From the NCBI GenBank assembly GCA_964423995.1, contig CAYRGP010000002.1, forward strand, positions 1-59,095: a stretch of DNA of 59,095 nucleotides. Reading direction: 5' to 3'. This DNA is from an uncultured Candidatus Saccharibacteria bacterium. GTDB lineage: Bacteria; Patescibacteriota; Saccharimonadia; Saccharimonadales; Saccharimonadaceae. The translations under genes were made by a program, and so were the position numbers. The notes below the pieces were generated by a model. The model was not told where the DNA came from. It saw only the letters and a list, made by a program, of their open reading frames with translations, and did not search any database. Shown here one piece after another: positions 1 through 7,888 of the stretch. Within the stretch, counting starts at the first letter, position 1; every line of letters starts with the position of its first letter.

Positions 1-1953
1 CCCGCCAAGTACAAAGGACCAAGGAGACGATGTGATGTTGCTAATGGTTGCCGAGTAGTTGGCACCTTTCACAATTGCGGCCAAGCCAGCGGTCTGCCCC
101 TCCCACGATGTACTGTTGTCGTATTCATCGGCGGTTGGCAATCTCCAGCCCTTCGGGCAGGCTACCATGGCCGCACCCCAAGAGTAATAGCCGCGTCCAG
201 CGTAGTTCCCGGTGCCGTTGGTGTGGTAATGCTTATTGGAATAACTATCTGTTGTGGACCACGTCATATTAACGGTTACATTCGAAGTCGGGACGGTGAT
301 GGACTCACCCGAGCCGGTCGGAGTAGAGAAGGTAGAGTCTTCCGGGGAGAGGGTCATGGTGCCATTAGCAACGATAGTGGAGGACGAACCCTCTACCGAG
401 GCTACGGCGCCGAGGTTGAGGTCTTTGGTCATGATACATTTACCAGCAATGTTTGCTACAGTGCTAGTACCATAGTAGGTTGCGTTGGTCGGGATGCGGT
501 AGACGGTATATTCCTGGCCATCTCGCTTATCTACGGCCGTTACCGTTTCTCCAGAGGCAGAGAGGCTAGAACAGGTGAAGTTCTGCATATAGAGTACTGC
601 TTCTTCCCATACCCCGTAGAGATTGATGTTCCCAGGAGCAGTGGCGGAGACACTCTGGCCGGCGGAGGCGGCGGCGGTGATAAGGGAGCTCATGGTTGGG
701 GTGTCGCCCTCTTCGTAGGCAACAGTGGTGGCGCCATCGGTGAGGGCCCAGCCGAGGAAGTTATAACCTTCTAGAGCGAAGTGGTCGTCGGTGTTTCCTG
801 GAATGGTGAGGGTAGCGGAGAGGATAGTGTCGTTCGTGATGGCAGAACCGGTAGCGATGTTGGTACCGTTACTGCCAGCGTTGTATGTCACAGTATAGGC
901 AATGTCCCAAATAGCATAGAGATTAATTAGGGCGTTCTGTTCTACAGATTGTCCGGCGGCAATGGCGGCAGTGATGAGATCATTTACCGATACGGTCTGT
1001 CCGGCGGTATAGGTATTGTAAGTTGGGGAGGTAGGAGTAGGATGAGAGGTAGTGGTGCTAGCTGCTTCAGCATCAGCTTGAGTTAGGGCCCAACCTTTAA
1101 TAGCATGTCCGGGGAGGGAGAAACCATTAGTAGGAAGAACAGCCGTACTGCCTTTAATTACGGTTCTATTTGCCATGACATTTTCTCCACCATTAGGATG
1201 GAAATCTAGGGTGTATCTAGCGCCTTCGTCTTTCGCTACAGCAGAAAATACTACGTTATTAGTATAAGTACCGGCAGGGAGAGAAGAAGTGAGTTTAGCG
1301 CCGAAGTTAATGTTAAAGGTATCGTAGGTCCCGGAATCGCAGCCGGTGCTACTAAGAGGATAAGATAAGTTCTCACAGAAGGCAGAGTTTCCGGTATCGG
1401 TATCATAAATTACTGTGTTGTTATTAGCGTTTTCTCCTACTGCAAACCAATTAGTGTAAGAGGGAGAGTCGGTAGTGCCAGTGTTTCTTCTGAAGCCCCA
1501 GGTGTTACCCGCTAGGTCGCTCGCACCAGTGGTGGCGTTGTAGCCGGAGATAGAGGAAATCGGAGCAATAGTGTCTGTTACGGTAGAGTTTTGATGCCTC
1601 ATGCTGTTACTACTATCTTGTGTGTAGACGGAGAGACTATATCCACGCACAGTGTTAGTAGTAACAGCCACATTCACATCCCCATAGACTAAAGTACCGG
1701 ACGGTTCGGGGGTAACCGCGGTGTCTCCACTAGCATCGTGGAGAGCTAGATTATCCGTATCGACAGCGACTTTGATGAAATCTTTGATGTTTAAGCCTAT
1801 CTCAGAACCATTGGCAATCGCACCCGAAGGTTCCGCCGGGAACAGGAAACCCTGCGCCGTAAAAACCGCCAACGCCGCCAAAACCGCCACCCCAGCGCCT
1901 ACGCCCACTGTCTTTAATATTGTTTTTTGACTTTGCTTCTTGGGTTGAAACAT
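1..1953 (-). CDS. Large surface/secreted protein (signal or TM anchor, InlB B-repeat-like region, Pro-rich linker, C-terminal Fib_succ_major/FISUMP domain); 3' end runs off the window
   Basis: Not in the ORF track; translated by hand in parts. ATG at 1953 after an AAGGAGAGG RBS gives MFQPKKQSQKTILKTVGVGAGVAVLAALAVF. The same frame gives YMQNFTC..DKRDGQEYTVYRI..KCIMTKDLNLG and YYSWGAAMVACPKGWRLPTADEY, which are FISUMP motifs. Confidence 0.8.
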   Translation of the reverse strand, partial: MFQPKKQSQKTILKTVGVGAGVAVLAALAVFTAQGFLFPAEPSGAIANGSEIGLNIKDFIKVAVDTDNLALHDASGDTAVTPEPSGTLVYGDVNVAVTTNTVRGYSLSVYTQDSSNSMRHQNSTVTDTIAPISSISGYNATTGASDLAGNTWGFRRNTGTTDSPSYTNWFAVGENANNNTVIYDTDTGNSAFCENLSYPLSSTGCDSGTYDTFNINFGAKLTSSLPAGTYTNNVVFSAVAKDEGARYTLDFHPNGGENVMANRTVIKGSTAVLPTNGFSLPGHAIKGWALTQADAEAASTTTSHPTPTSPTYNTYTAGQTVSVNDLITAAIAAGQSVEQNALINLYAIWDIAYTVTYNAGSNGTNIATGSAITNDTILSATLTIPGNTDDHFALEGYNFLGWALTDGATTVAYEEGDTPTMSSLITAAASAGQSVSATAPGNINLYGVWEEAVLYMQNFTCSSLSASGETVTAVDKRDGQEYTVYRIPTNATYYGTSTVANIAGKCIMTKDLNLGAVASVEGSSSTIVANGTMTLSPEDSTFSTPTGSGESITVPTSNVTVNMTWSTTDSYSNKHYHTNGTGNYAGRGYYSWGAAMVACPKGWRLPTADEYDNSTSWEGQTAGLAAIVKGANYSATISNITSSPWSFVLGG

Positions 1954-2037
1954 TAACCTCTCCTTACATATAGAATTACATTATTAATTCGGCCCATGAC
2001 CTTATAATACTTCCATTATAAAGCATAAGCCCCATAA

Positions 2038-2181
2038 TTACAACAACAAAAGAAAGAAAAATCCTGTTATGCTGACTATTCTTGTTTCGGCTATACCAAG
2101 CTCATTTTTTAACACTGAACTGTTTGGGTAGCAATAATAATCATCACGTTCGTATTCATACGACAGTGGCGCTAAAACCAT
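2038..2181 (-). pseudogene. Truncated class I Fic toxin (FicT-like N-terminal fragment, 47 aa)
   Basis: Hand translation: MVLAPLSYEYERDDYYCYPNSSVLKNELGIAETRIVSITGFFFLLLL*. YCYPNSxVLKNxLGI is the typical N-terminus of FicT-type proteins. No HPFxxGNGR motif follows. The start overlaps the antitoxin stop (TGATG). Confidence 0.65.
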
Positions 2182-2351
2182 CAGGCAACTATCTTTCTGT
2201 GTTTAGCAAAAGCCTTAGAAATAGCATCATCGAAACTAGCTCTACCAGCTAGGCAATCCATAATCGTTTGTTTTTCACGTACAGAAAGTTTCATACCTTC
2301 AAGCCTAAGGTTAGCATCCACAAAACTTAATATTTCTTCATCTTTACTCAT
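2181..2351 (-). CDS. VbhA/FicA-type antitoxin
   Basis: 56-aa helical protein MSKDEEILSFVDANLRLEGMKLS with an inhibitory-type xxxLEG motif, translationally coupled to the Fic fragment. Confidence 0.7.
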   Translation of the reverse strand: MSKDEEILSFVDANLRLEGMKLSVREKQTIMDCLAGRASFDDAISKAFAKHRKIVA

Positions 2352-2379
2352 ACTTACATTATCTAACTTCCAATTCAAT

Positions 2380-2472
2380 TGGCGGAGGGTGGGAGATTCG
2401 AACTCCCGCTCCAGGTTTCCCCAGACTAACGATTTAGCAAACCGTCCCCTTCAGCCACTTGGGTAACCCTCC
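2380..2472 (-). tRNA. tRNA-Ser (anticodon GCT) with long variable arm and encoded CCA
   Basis: Reverse complement GGAGGGTTACCCAAGTGGCTGAAGGGGACGGTTTGCTAAATCGTTAGTCTGGGGAAACCTGGAGCGGGAGTTCGAATCTCCCACCCTCCGCCA shows the acceptor stem, D-loop, TTGCTAA anticodon loop and GTTCGAATC T-loop. Confidence 0.95.
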
Positions 2473-2617
2473 ATTTCATCTATTCTACCATACAACCTCC
2501 CACTTTTCTAGTCTAACGACAGATTTTAATACCCCTGTCTCCGACCCTTCGGCAAAAACTCCAAAAATTTTCAAGAGCTTCCTTGTTTTTTGCCGCAAAC
2601 TAGGGTATAATAGAGCT

Positions 2618-3508
2618 ATGGAAACTTTATCCGTAGAAGAAGTTGCTAAGAAATGGCGCATTTCCGAGCGTAGTGTCCGGAATTATTGCGCCGCCGGTCG
2701 CATCCCTGGCGCGAAAATCCTAGGCGCCTCCTGGAGAATTCCTGAGAATGCCAAGAAACCCGAAAGACTCAACAAAATCGACCCTCCCACATTGCTTGAA
2801 ATCTTACGCCGGGAGGAAGACCGCCATATTAAGGGCGGCATCTATCATAAAGTTCAAGTCGATTTGACCTACAATTCCAATCACATCGAAGGTAGCACCC
2901 TGACCCACGACCAGACTCGCTTCATTTTTGAGACCGCCACCATCGCTTCTGACGGCGCTCTTAAAAGTCTGAAGACCGACGATATCGTAGAAACCGTCAA
3001 CCATTTCCGTTGCATAGACCACATCATCGAAAACGCCAACCGTAGCCTCTCCGAAAATATGCTGAAAAATCTTCATTTTATCTTAAAAAACGGCACTTCC
3101 GACAGCTTCGAAAGCTGGTTTCGCGTCGGCGACTACAAAAAACTACCCAACGAAGTCGGGGGCTTGCCCACCGCCTCGCCAGAAGAAGTCTCGAAAAAAA
3201 TGCGGGAGTTACTCGTCTGGTACGAAGGCCAGAAAGTTCACAATTTCGACACCATCTTAGAATTTCACTACCGCTTTGAGAAAATCCATCCCTTCCAGGA
3301 TGGCAACGGCCGCATCGGCAGATTAATCCTTTTCAAAGAATGTCTAAGATTCAACATCGTACCATTCATTATTACCGAGCAACTCAAACTTTTCTACTAC
3401 CGCGGCCTAAAAGAATGGCGTTCCGAAAAGGGCTACTTGCGCGACACCTGTCTCGCCGCCCAAGACGAATTCAAAACCTACCTTAATTATTTCAAAATCG
3501 AGTACTAA
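2618..3508 (+). CDS. Fic family protein (class II, auto-inhibited) with N-terminal HTH_17/excisionase-like domain
   Basis: Catalytic motif HPFQDGNGRIGR, inhibitory helix SNHIEG, N-terminal LSVEEVAKKWRISERSVRNYC HTH. Start set to ATG 2618, just after TATAAT. Confidence 0.9.
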   Translation: METLSVEEVAKKWRISERSVRNYCAAGRIPGAKILGASWRIPENAKKPERLNKIDPPTLLEILRREEDRHIKGGIYHKVQVDLTYNSNHIEGSTLTHDQTRFIFETATIASDGALKSLKTDDIVETVNHFRCIDHIIENANRSLSENMLKNLHFILKNGTSDSFESWFRVGDYKKLPNEVGGLPTASPEEVSKKMRELLVWYEGQKVHNFDTILEFHYRFEKIHPFQDGNGRIGRLILFKECLRFNIVPFIITEQLKLFYYRGLKEWRSEKGYLRDTCLAAQDEFKTYLNYFKIEY

Positions 3509-3903
3509 GAGTTCAAGTTTAAGTTCTGGCCCGTAATCGCCGTAATCACGAAATTAATAATCGCGTACGCGAGCAGGGAAATGATCAAACCAATAATCGC
3601 ATAGAGAATCGTGTTTTTTGCATCAGCGACCTTCTTATTATCGCCGCCCGATATAATATAGCGAAAACCACCGTAAATCAACATCACCACCGAGATAATC
3701 CCAATGATTAGAAGCAACGTATTAGAAATCTTCGTGAACACCCCATCCGGTCCCACTAAATCTCTCGGCATAATATCAGCCTTCGCCGCCTCGGCGCCAT
3801 CTTGTACCGACATCGTCTCCGCCATTACTCTCCCAGAAAGCAAAGTCAAGGCTGCCATGACCGGAGTCGCGATTCTAAGGCCCAATTTCACAATTTTCTT
3901 CAT
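3505..3903 (-). CDS. VirB2/TrbC-like T4SS pilin (copy 1)
   Basis: Signal peptide plus two hydrophobic helices around GGFRYIISGGDNKKVADAKNTILYAIIGLII. Confidence 0.85.
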   Translation of the reverse strand: MKKIVKLGLRIATPVMAALTLLSGRVMAETMSVQDGAEAAKADIMPRDLVGPDGVFTKISNTLLLIIGIISVVMLIYGGFRYIISGGDNKKVADAKNTILYAIIGLIISLLAYAIINFVITAITGQNLNLNS

Positions 3904-3958
3904 TTCGTATCTCAATTATTTCCCATATTATACCACACTGAGTCCCATATTGTAAAGG

Positions 3959-4876
3959 TCATCGACCCATCTCCACCACGCACCCCAAAATCCTCTCCGC
4001 CCCCGCCTCTCTCAATTTCAGAGCCGCCGCCCGCATCGACGCGCCGGTCGTCCAGACGTCATCAAGCAGTAGAAAAGTCGGGAGTTTCTGCACGCCATCA
4101 CTATCCGGCCCCTTCCCAGCCATCTTCGTCTCGGCGGCCAGCCCTTTTTCAGCCATCTTCGCCTCGCCATCCGGCCCTTTTCCGAGCCTACTCCACAGCT
4201 CCTCATCCACCGCATAAGCCTCCGCCGCCTGCTTTTCACGCGTCTTTTCGTCCGCCCCCACCTGCACAGTTTTATTCATTCTTATAAGTACCGGCCAAAC
4301 TTCTATTCCTCGTCGCCTTCCGAACTCTTCCGCCAGCCTTCTCGTATGGTCAAACCCTCTTTCTCTAATATGTTTCCGTATGGTCGGCAAGGGAACTACC
4401 ACTACTTCGCTCGCCCCCGTTCGCATCTTACCCCTCGATACTGTCCACCCTTCTCCCGGGCTCTCCAACGTCGCCCACTCCCGCGCCTTCCCACACTCCT
4501 CCGACACCGCCTCGTCCAAAATCTCCGCCAAAATCTCCGCCGCCCGCTTAGTGCTCTTAAATTTATAGTCCTCCACCAATTTCTTCAGCGCCCCCTCTCG
4601 GAACCCGCCAACGAAAAGCCCCTCTAGCTCTCCCAACTCTATTTTCTTCTCCTCCGGCCCCACCTTCTTCTTCCCCGGCATCCAATCGCCTTTATCAACT
4701 CTCGTTCTTCCGCCTCGCGCCTTTTCACCCTCACCCACGCTCCCGATAATTTTTATCTTTTTTCTACAATCATCACACAGCAAACCGCCCGTTTTCCCGC
4801 ACCCACGACAATAAAATGGCAACAATATATCCAGAATTGTACTGAGTATAGACTTTTTCACAACATTATTTTTCAT
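3959..4876 (-). CDS. comF: ComF family protein (zinc ribbon plus phosphoribosyltransferase fold) with low-complexity insertions
   Basis: CRGC..LCDDC zinc ribbon, VPLPT..RERGFDH, LLLDDVWTTGAS PRPP-binding loop. Confidence 0.9.
   Translation of the reverse strand: MKNNVVKKSILSTILDILLPFYCRGCGKTGGLLCDDCRKKIKIIGSVGEGEKARGGRTRVDKGDWMPGKKKVGPEEKKIELGELEGLFVGGFREGALKKLVEDYKFKSTKRAAEILAEILDEAVSEECGKAREWATLESPGEGWTVSRGKMRTGASEVVVVPLPTIRKHIRERGFDHTRRLAEEFGRRRGIEVWPVLIRMNKTVQVGADEKTREKQAAEAYAVDEELWSRLGKGPDGEAKMAEKGLAAETKMAGKGPDSDGVQKLPTFLLLDDVWTTGASMRAAALKLREAGAERILGCVVEMGR
4103..4188. repeat. Imperfect 33-bp tandem repeat (about 2.6 units) inside comF
   Basis: atccggccccttcccagccatcttcgtctcggc / ggccagccctttttcagccatcttcgcctcgcc / atccggcccttttccgagcc; encodes GKGPDGEAKMA-EKGLAAETKMA-GKGPD. 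Confidence 0.8.
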
Positions 4877-4986
4877 CTATTTTCCCCCATAATTGTTGTG
4901 CTTTTTTCAATCAAACCCATAATACTCTTGATTTTATCATGGAAGGCCTTTATAATAAAGCATGAATAGTATTAATTGGAGGTCGT

Positions 4987-5487
4987 ATGGCTCGTAATAA
5001 TAACGACGATATGCTGATGGAAGACGAATTAGCCGCTGCCTTCTTGGATGATGGTCCAGTCGCAGACACGAATGATCTCGACGTTGCCGCTCCAGAAGAA
5101 GAGGCAGAAGTCGCTCCGTCAGAAGATGATGGGTGGGAAGATAATACGGATGATTTCCCTGGACAGCTAGCAGTAGATGTCTATGAAACCGCCGACAAAT
5201 TAGTAGTAAAAGCCCGCACTGCTGGCATCTCGAAATCCGATTTGGATGTTAGCATCTCGGACAACATTCTCACCATCTCCGGTGTTCTCTCCGGTGGAGA
5301 AGATGAGCACACCACTCGTTGGCATATCCAGGAATGCTATTGGGGCGAATTCTCTCGCACCATCGCTCTTCCTGTACAAGTCAAAGAAGACGAAAACAGC
5401 GTCAAAGCTGAGCTAAAAGATGGCGTCCTTACCATTTCCTTTGAGAAGGAAAAGGTCGAGGCCCCCAAGCGCATCACCATTTCCTAA
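4987..5487 (+). CDS. Hsp20/alpha-crystallin small heat-shock protein with acidic N-terminus
   Basis: GQLAVDVYET..QECYWGEFSRTIALP..AELKDGVLTISF; GGAGG RBS. Confidence 0.92.
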   Translation: MARNNNDDMLMEDELAAAFLDDGPVADTNDLDVAAPEEEAEVAPSEDDGWEDNTDDFPGQLAVDVYETADKLVVKARTAGISKSDLDVSISDNILTISGVLSGGEDEHTTRWHIQECYWGEFSRTIALPVQVKEDENSVKAELKDGVLTISFEKEKVEAPKRITIS

Positions 5488-5509
5488 TTACTTGGAAAAT
5501 CTACAAACT

Positions 5510-5545
5510 AAAAGAAATCAGGCAATACATCCTGATTTCTTTTTT
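5510..5545. terminator. Bidirectional intrinsic terminator between hsp20 and a convergent pilin
   Basis: aaaagaaatcagg-caatacat-cctgatttctttttt hairpin with A and T tails. Confidence 0.8.
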
Positions 5546-5598
5546 GACGTTCAGGCGGCGGCTAGCGTCCGCACACCTAGTACACCCTAACTAATAAT

Positions 5599-6021
5599 TT
5601 ACCCGTTCGTTCCACTATTACCAAAGATATTCGCGAGTACGAAGTTCACAATCGCATAAGCGAGCAAAGCAACGATTAAGCCAATAATACCGTAGAGAAT
5701 CGTATCTCTTGCTCTTTTAGTTTTCCCCGGGTCGCCCTGAGAGGTCATATAGGTCACGCCGCCGATAATCATCATAATCACCGCTACAATCCCTAGCGCG
5801 GCCAAAACCCAGTTGATAATACCCTGAATCGTCGTAAACAAATCGCCACCGCCCGGGGATTCTTCATCTTTTGGTAAATTACACTGCGCTACTGTCGGCA
5901 AATCCTCTCCTGCCCGGAGAGTACCAGAAGGACAGCTCGCCGCCATCACCGGCACCGCCATCGCCGCAACCCCCAAAAGAAGCGCTGCTATTCCTGCCAC
6001 CACTGTTTTAATTTTTTTCAT
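5599..6021 (-). CDS. VirB2/TrbC-like T4SS pilin (copy 2)
   Basis: Signal peptide, Cys pair, GGVTYMTSQGDPGKTKRARDTILYGIIGLIVALLAYAIVNFV. Confidence 0.85.
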   Translation of the reverse strand: MKKIKTVVAGIAALLLGVAAMAVPVMAASCPSGTLRAGEDLPTVAQCNLPKDEESPGGGDLFTTIQGIINWVLAALGIVAVIMMIIGGVTYMTSQGDPGKTKRARDTILYGIIGLIVALLAYAIVNFVLANIFGNSGTNG

Positions 6022-6076
6022 CTTAATTCCTTATTTACTTGGAAATATTATACCATATTGCCAATAAATAATAAAC

Positions 6077-6109
6077 AAAATTGAGCCGGACTTTACCCGG
6101 CTCAATTTT
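6077..6109. terminator. Intrinsic terminator after pilin copy 3
   Basis: aaaattgagccgg-actttac-ccggctcaatttt, perfect stem. Confidence 0.8.
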
Positions 6110-6156
6110 AAAACTAGGTTCTTCCGCTTCAGACAAACCCCAAAGCGAAACGCCTA

Positions 6157-6561
6157 TTATTTAAAGATATTTACAAGTACGAAGTTTACAATCGCAAAAG
6201 CGAGCAAAGCCACCACGAGACCAACAATGCCGTAGAGAATCGTATCTTTCGCCTTTTTCACCTTACCGGCATCACCCTGAGAGGTGGAGTAGTTGACACC
6301 GCCGATAATAATCATCGCTACAGTCACGAAAGCGAGCACCGCGAGAATTACGTTAATCACGATCTGTAATGTACCCATCAAACTCCGCTTTTCAGCCGTA
6401 CCAGCGCCACTACACTTATCGAAGCTGTCTGCGTAAGTACCGTTACTACAAAGAACTAGACCTTCCTTCGCCGCATTCACTGGCAAAGCAAGCCCGACCG
6501 CACCCGCAATAATAATAGCGAAAGTCGCTAATACTACTTTAATCTTATCTTTAATATTCAT
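6157..6561 (-). CDS. VirB2/TrbC-like T4SS pilin (copy 3)
   Basis: GGVNYSTSQGDAGKVKKAKDTILYGIVGLVVALLAFAIVNFV. Confidence 0.85.
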   Translation of the reverse strand: MNIKDKIKVVLATFAIIIAGAVGLALPVNAAKEGLVLCSNGTYADSFDKCSGAGTAEKRSLMGTLQIVINVILAVLAFVTVAMIIIGGVNYSTSQGDAGKVKKAKDTILYGIVGLVVALLAFAIVNFVLVNIFK

Positions 6562-6636
6562 AAATTTCTTCCTTAAATTTATTTACTTATCTAAATAATA
6601 CCATATTATTTTTTTTCTTTCAATACCAAAATAGGT

Positions 6637-7038
6637 CTAGCTACTTTTACCAAAGATGTTCGCGAGCACAAAATTCACAATCGTAAAAGCGAGGCTCGCC
6701 AAAATCACACCAAGCACCGCGTAGACAATCGTATCTTTCGCCTTCTTAGTTTTCCCCGGGTCGCCCTGAGAGGTCATATACTGCGCCGCCCCAATCACCA
6801 CGAACAATACTGCTATCAAACCTAATATAGCAATCACGATATCCAAAATCGTCTGTACCGTCGTCCAAACTTGAGTGCTGTCGCCCGTATCGTCACAACC
6901 CGCCGCGGCTCTCGTCGCGTCATCCATACTAATATCACAAACCGGGTCTTTTCCTAGTTCTGCCGCCAACACTTTCGCCGGCAAAAAGCCCACTAAAGCT
7001 AGAACCATTATTGCCGCAATTAAAATCTTCTTTTTCAT
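6637..7038 (-). CDS. VirB2/TrbC-like T4SS pilin (copy 4)
   Basis: GAAQYMTSQGDPGKTKKAKDTIVYAVLGVILASLAFTIVNFV. Confidence 0.85.
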   Translation of the reverse strand: MKKKILIAAIMVLALVGFLPAKVLAAELGKDPVCDISMDDATRAAAGCDDTGDSTQVWTTVQTILDIVIAILGLIAVLFVVIGAAQYMTSQGDPGKTKKAKDTIVYAVLGVILASLAFTIVNFVLANIFGKSS

Positions 7039-7328
7039 TTTCCGCTCGCCGCCCCTGCTATAAAATTCGTAATCACCGTCGCCATCACTACTACAAACAA
7101 ACCAATCACCGCATATAGTACTGCGTCCTTACCCTTCTTCACCTTCGCCGGATCGCCCTGCGATGTCGTCCAAACTACTGCGCCGAAAATAATTCCAATC
7201 ACCGCCACCACCCCCATAATCGCATACACCCAGTTCAGAATCGCCGTCAAATTTATCTCTTGCTTTGGCAATTCACCCAGTGATTGGTCTAAAGCTTCTT
7301 TTCCCGTGTCCGCAATAATCTCTAACAT
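7035..7328 (-). CDS. VirB2/TrbC-like T4SS pilin (copy 5; short, no obvious signal peptide)
   Basis: GAVVWTTSQGDPAKVKKGKDAVLYAVIGLFVV; AGGAG RBS; ATGA overlap with the next pilin. Confidence 0.85.
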   Translation of the reverse strand: MLEIIADTGKEALDQSLGELPKQEINLTAILNWVYAIMGVVAVIGIIFGAVVWTTSQGDPAKVKKGKDAVLYAVIGLFVVVMATVITNFIAGAASGK

Positions 7329-7335
7329 TTTTCTC

Positions 7336-7818
7336 CTAACTTGCTGTTATTACCATTACTATTAATCTAGAAATAATATTTGCGAGCGTCACAATAATCA
7401 ATCCCGTCAACGAGGCTACAATGGTCTTTTTACCTTTCGCCGCGAAATTCGGGTCACCCCCAGACCTAAGATATAAATATCCACCGTAAATCAGAAAGCC
7501 GAGCGCCGCCATCCCCGCCACCATGAAAATATCTACTAATACGTTTAGAATAATCGTCCAGATAAACGTCGCAATCCCGTTCCCGGCCTTCGTCGCATCA
7601 CAACCCGTCTGCCCAGATTGGCACCCCGTATCCGGCGGTTTAATATTACAATTCTCATCTGTCAACCCGTAATACCATGGGCGAAGCCCCAAAAACTCCA
7701 CATCACAAGACGAGCCACCCCCGTTGTTCTCTCCATCCGCCCAAACTTCACCGCTCGGAGCAAGCACCGTCACCCCCACCAACAGCGCCAAGAGCAAAAC
7801 CAGAATTCTTTTCTTCAT
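7336..7818 (-). CDS. VirB2/TrbC-like T4SS pilin (copy 6; Cys-rich N-terminal variable region)
   Basis: Signal peptide, C..FLGLRPWYYGL..C, GGYLYLRSGGDPNFAAKGKKTIVASLTGL. Start set to ATG 7818, 6 nt after TATAAT. Confidence 0.8.
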   Translation of the reverse strand: MKKRILVLLLALLVGVTVLAPSGEVWADGENNGGGSSCDVEFLGLRPWYYGLTDENCNIKPPDTGCQSGQTGCDATKAGNGIATFIWTIILNVLVDIFMVAGMAALGFLIYGGYLYLRSGGDPNFAAKGKKTIVASLTGLIIVTLANIISRLIVMVITAS

Positions 7819-7888
7819 ACTCACATTATATCAAACCTTGTAAAATTCGCCAAGATATGCTATAATTATACGCGTAAGAGTTATTCCT

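Noticed and set aside
48-774. Plus-strand ORFs 48-272, 223-774 and 254-475
   Set aside because: Antisense shadows of the minus-strand surface-protein gene, which has recognisable motifs and is missing from the track only because it runs off the window edge.
2459-2617. N-terminal extension of the Fic ORF from TTG 2459, and similar extensions at 11319, 25071, 35327, 37853, 38914 and 55436
   Set aside because: They run through promoter elements or the tRNA; downstream starts with a -10 or RBS fit better.
3802-4627. Pro/Ser-rich plus-strand ORFs
   Set aside because: Antisense to comF; produced by the strong C skew.
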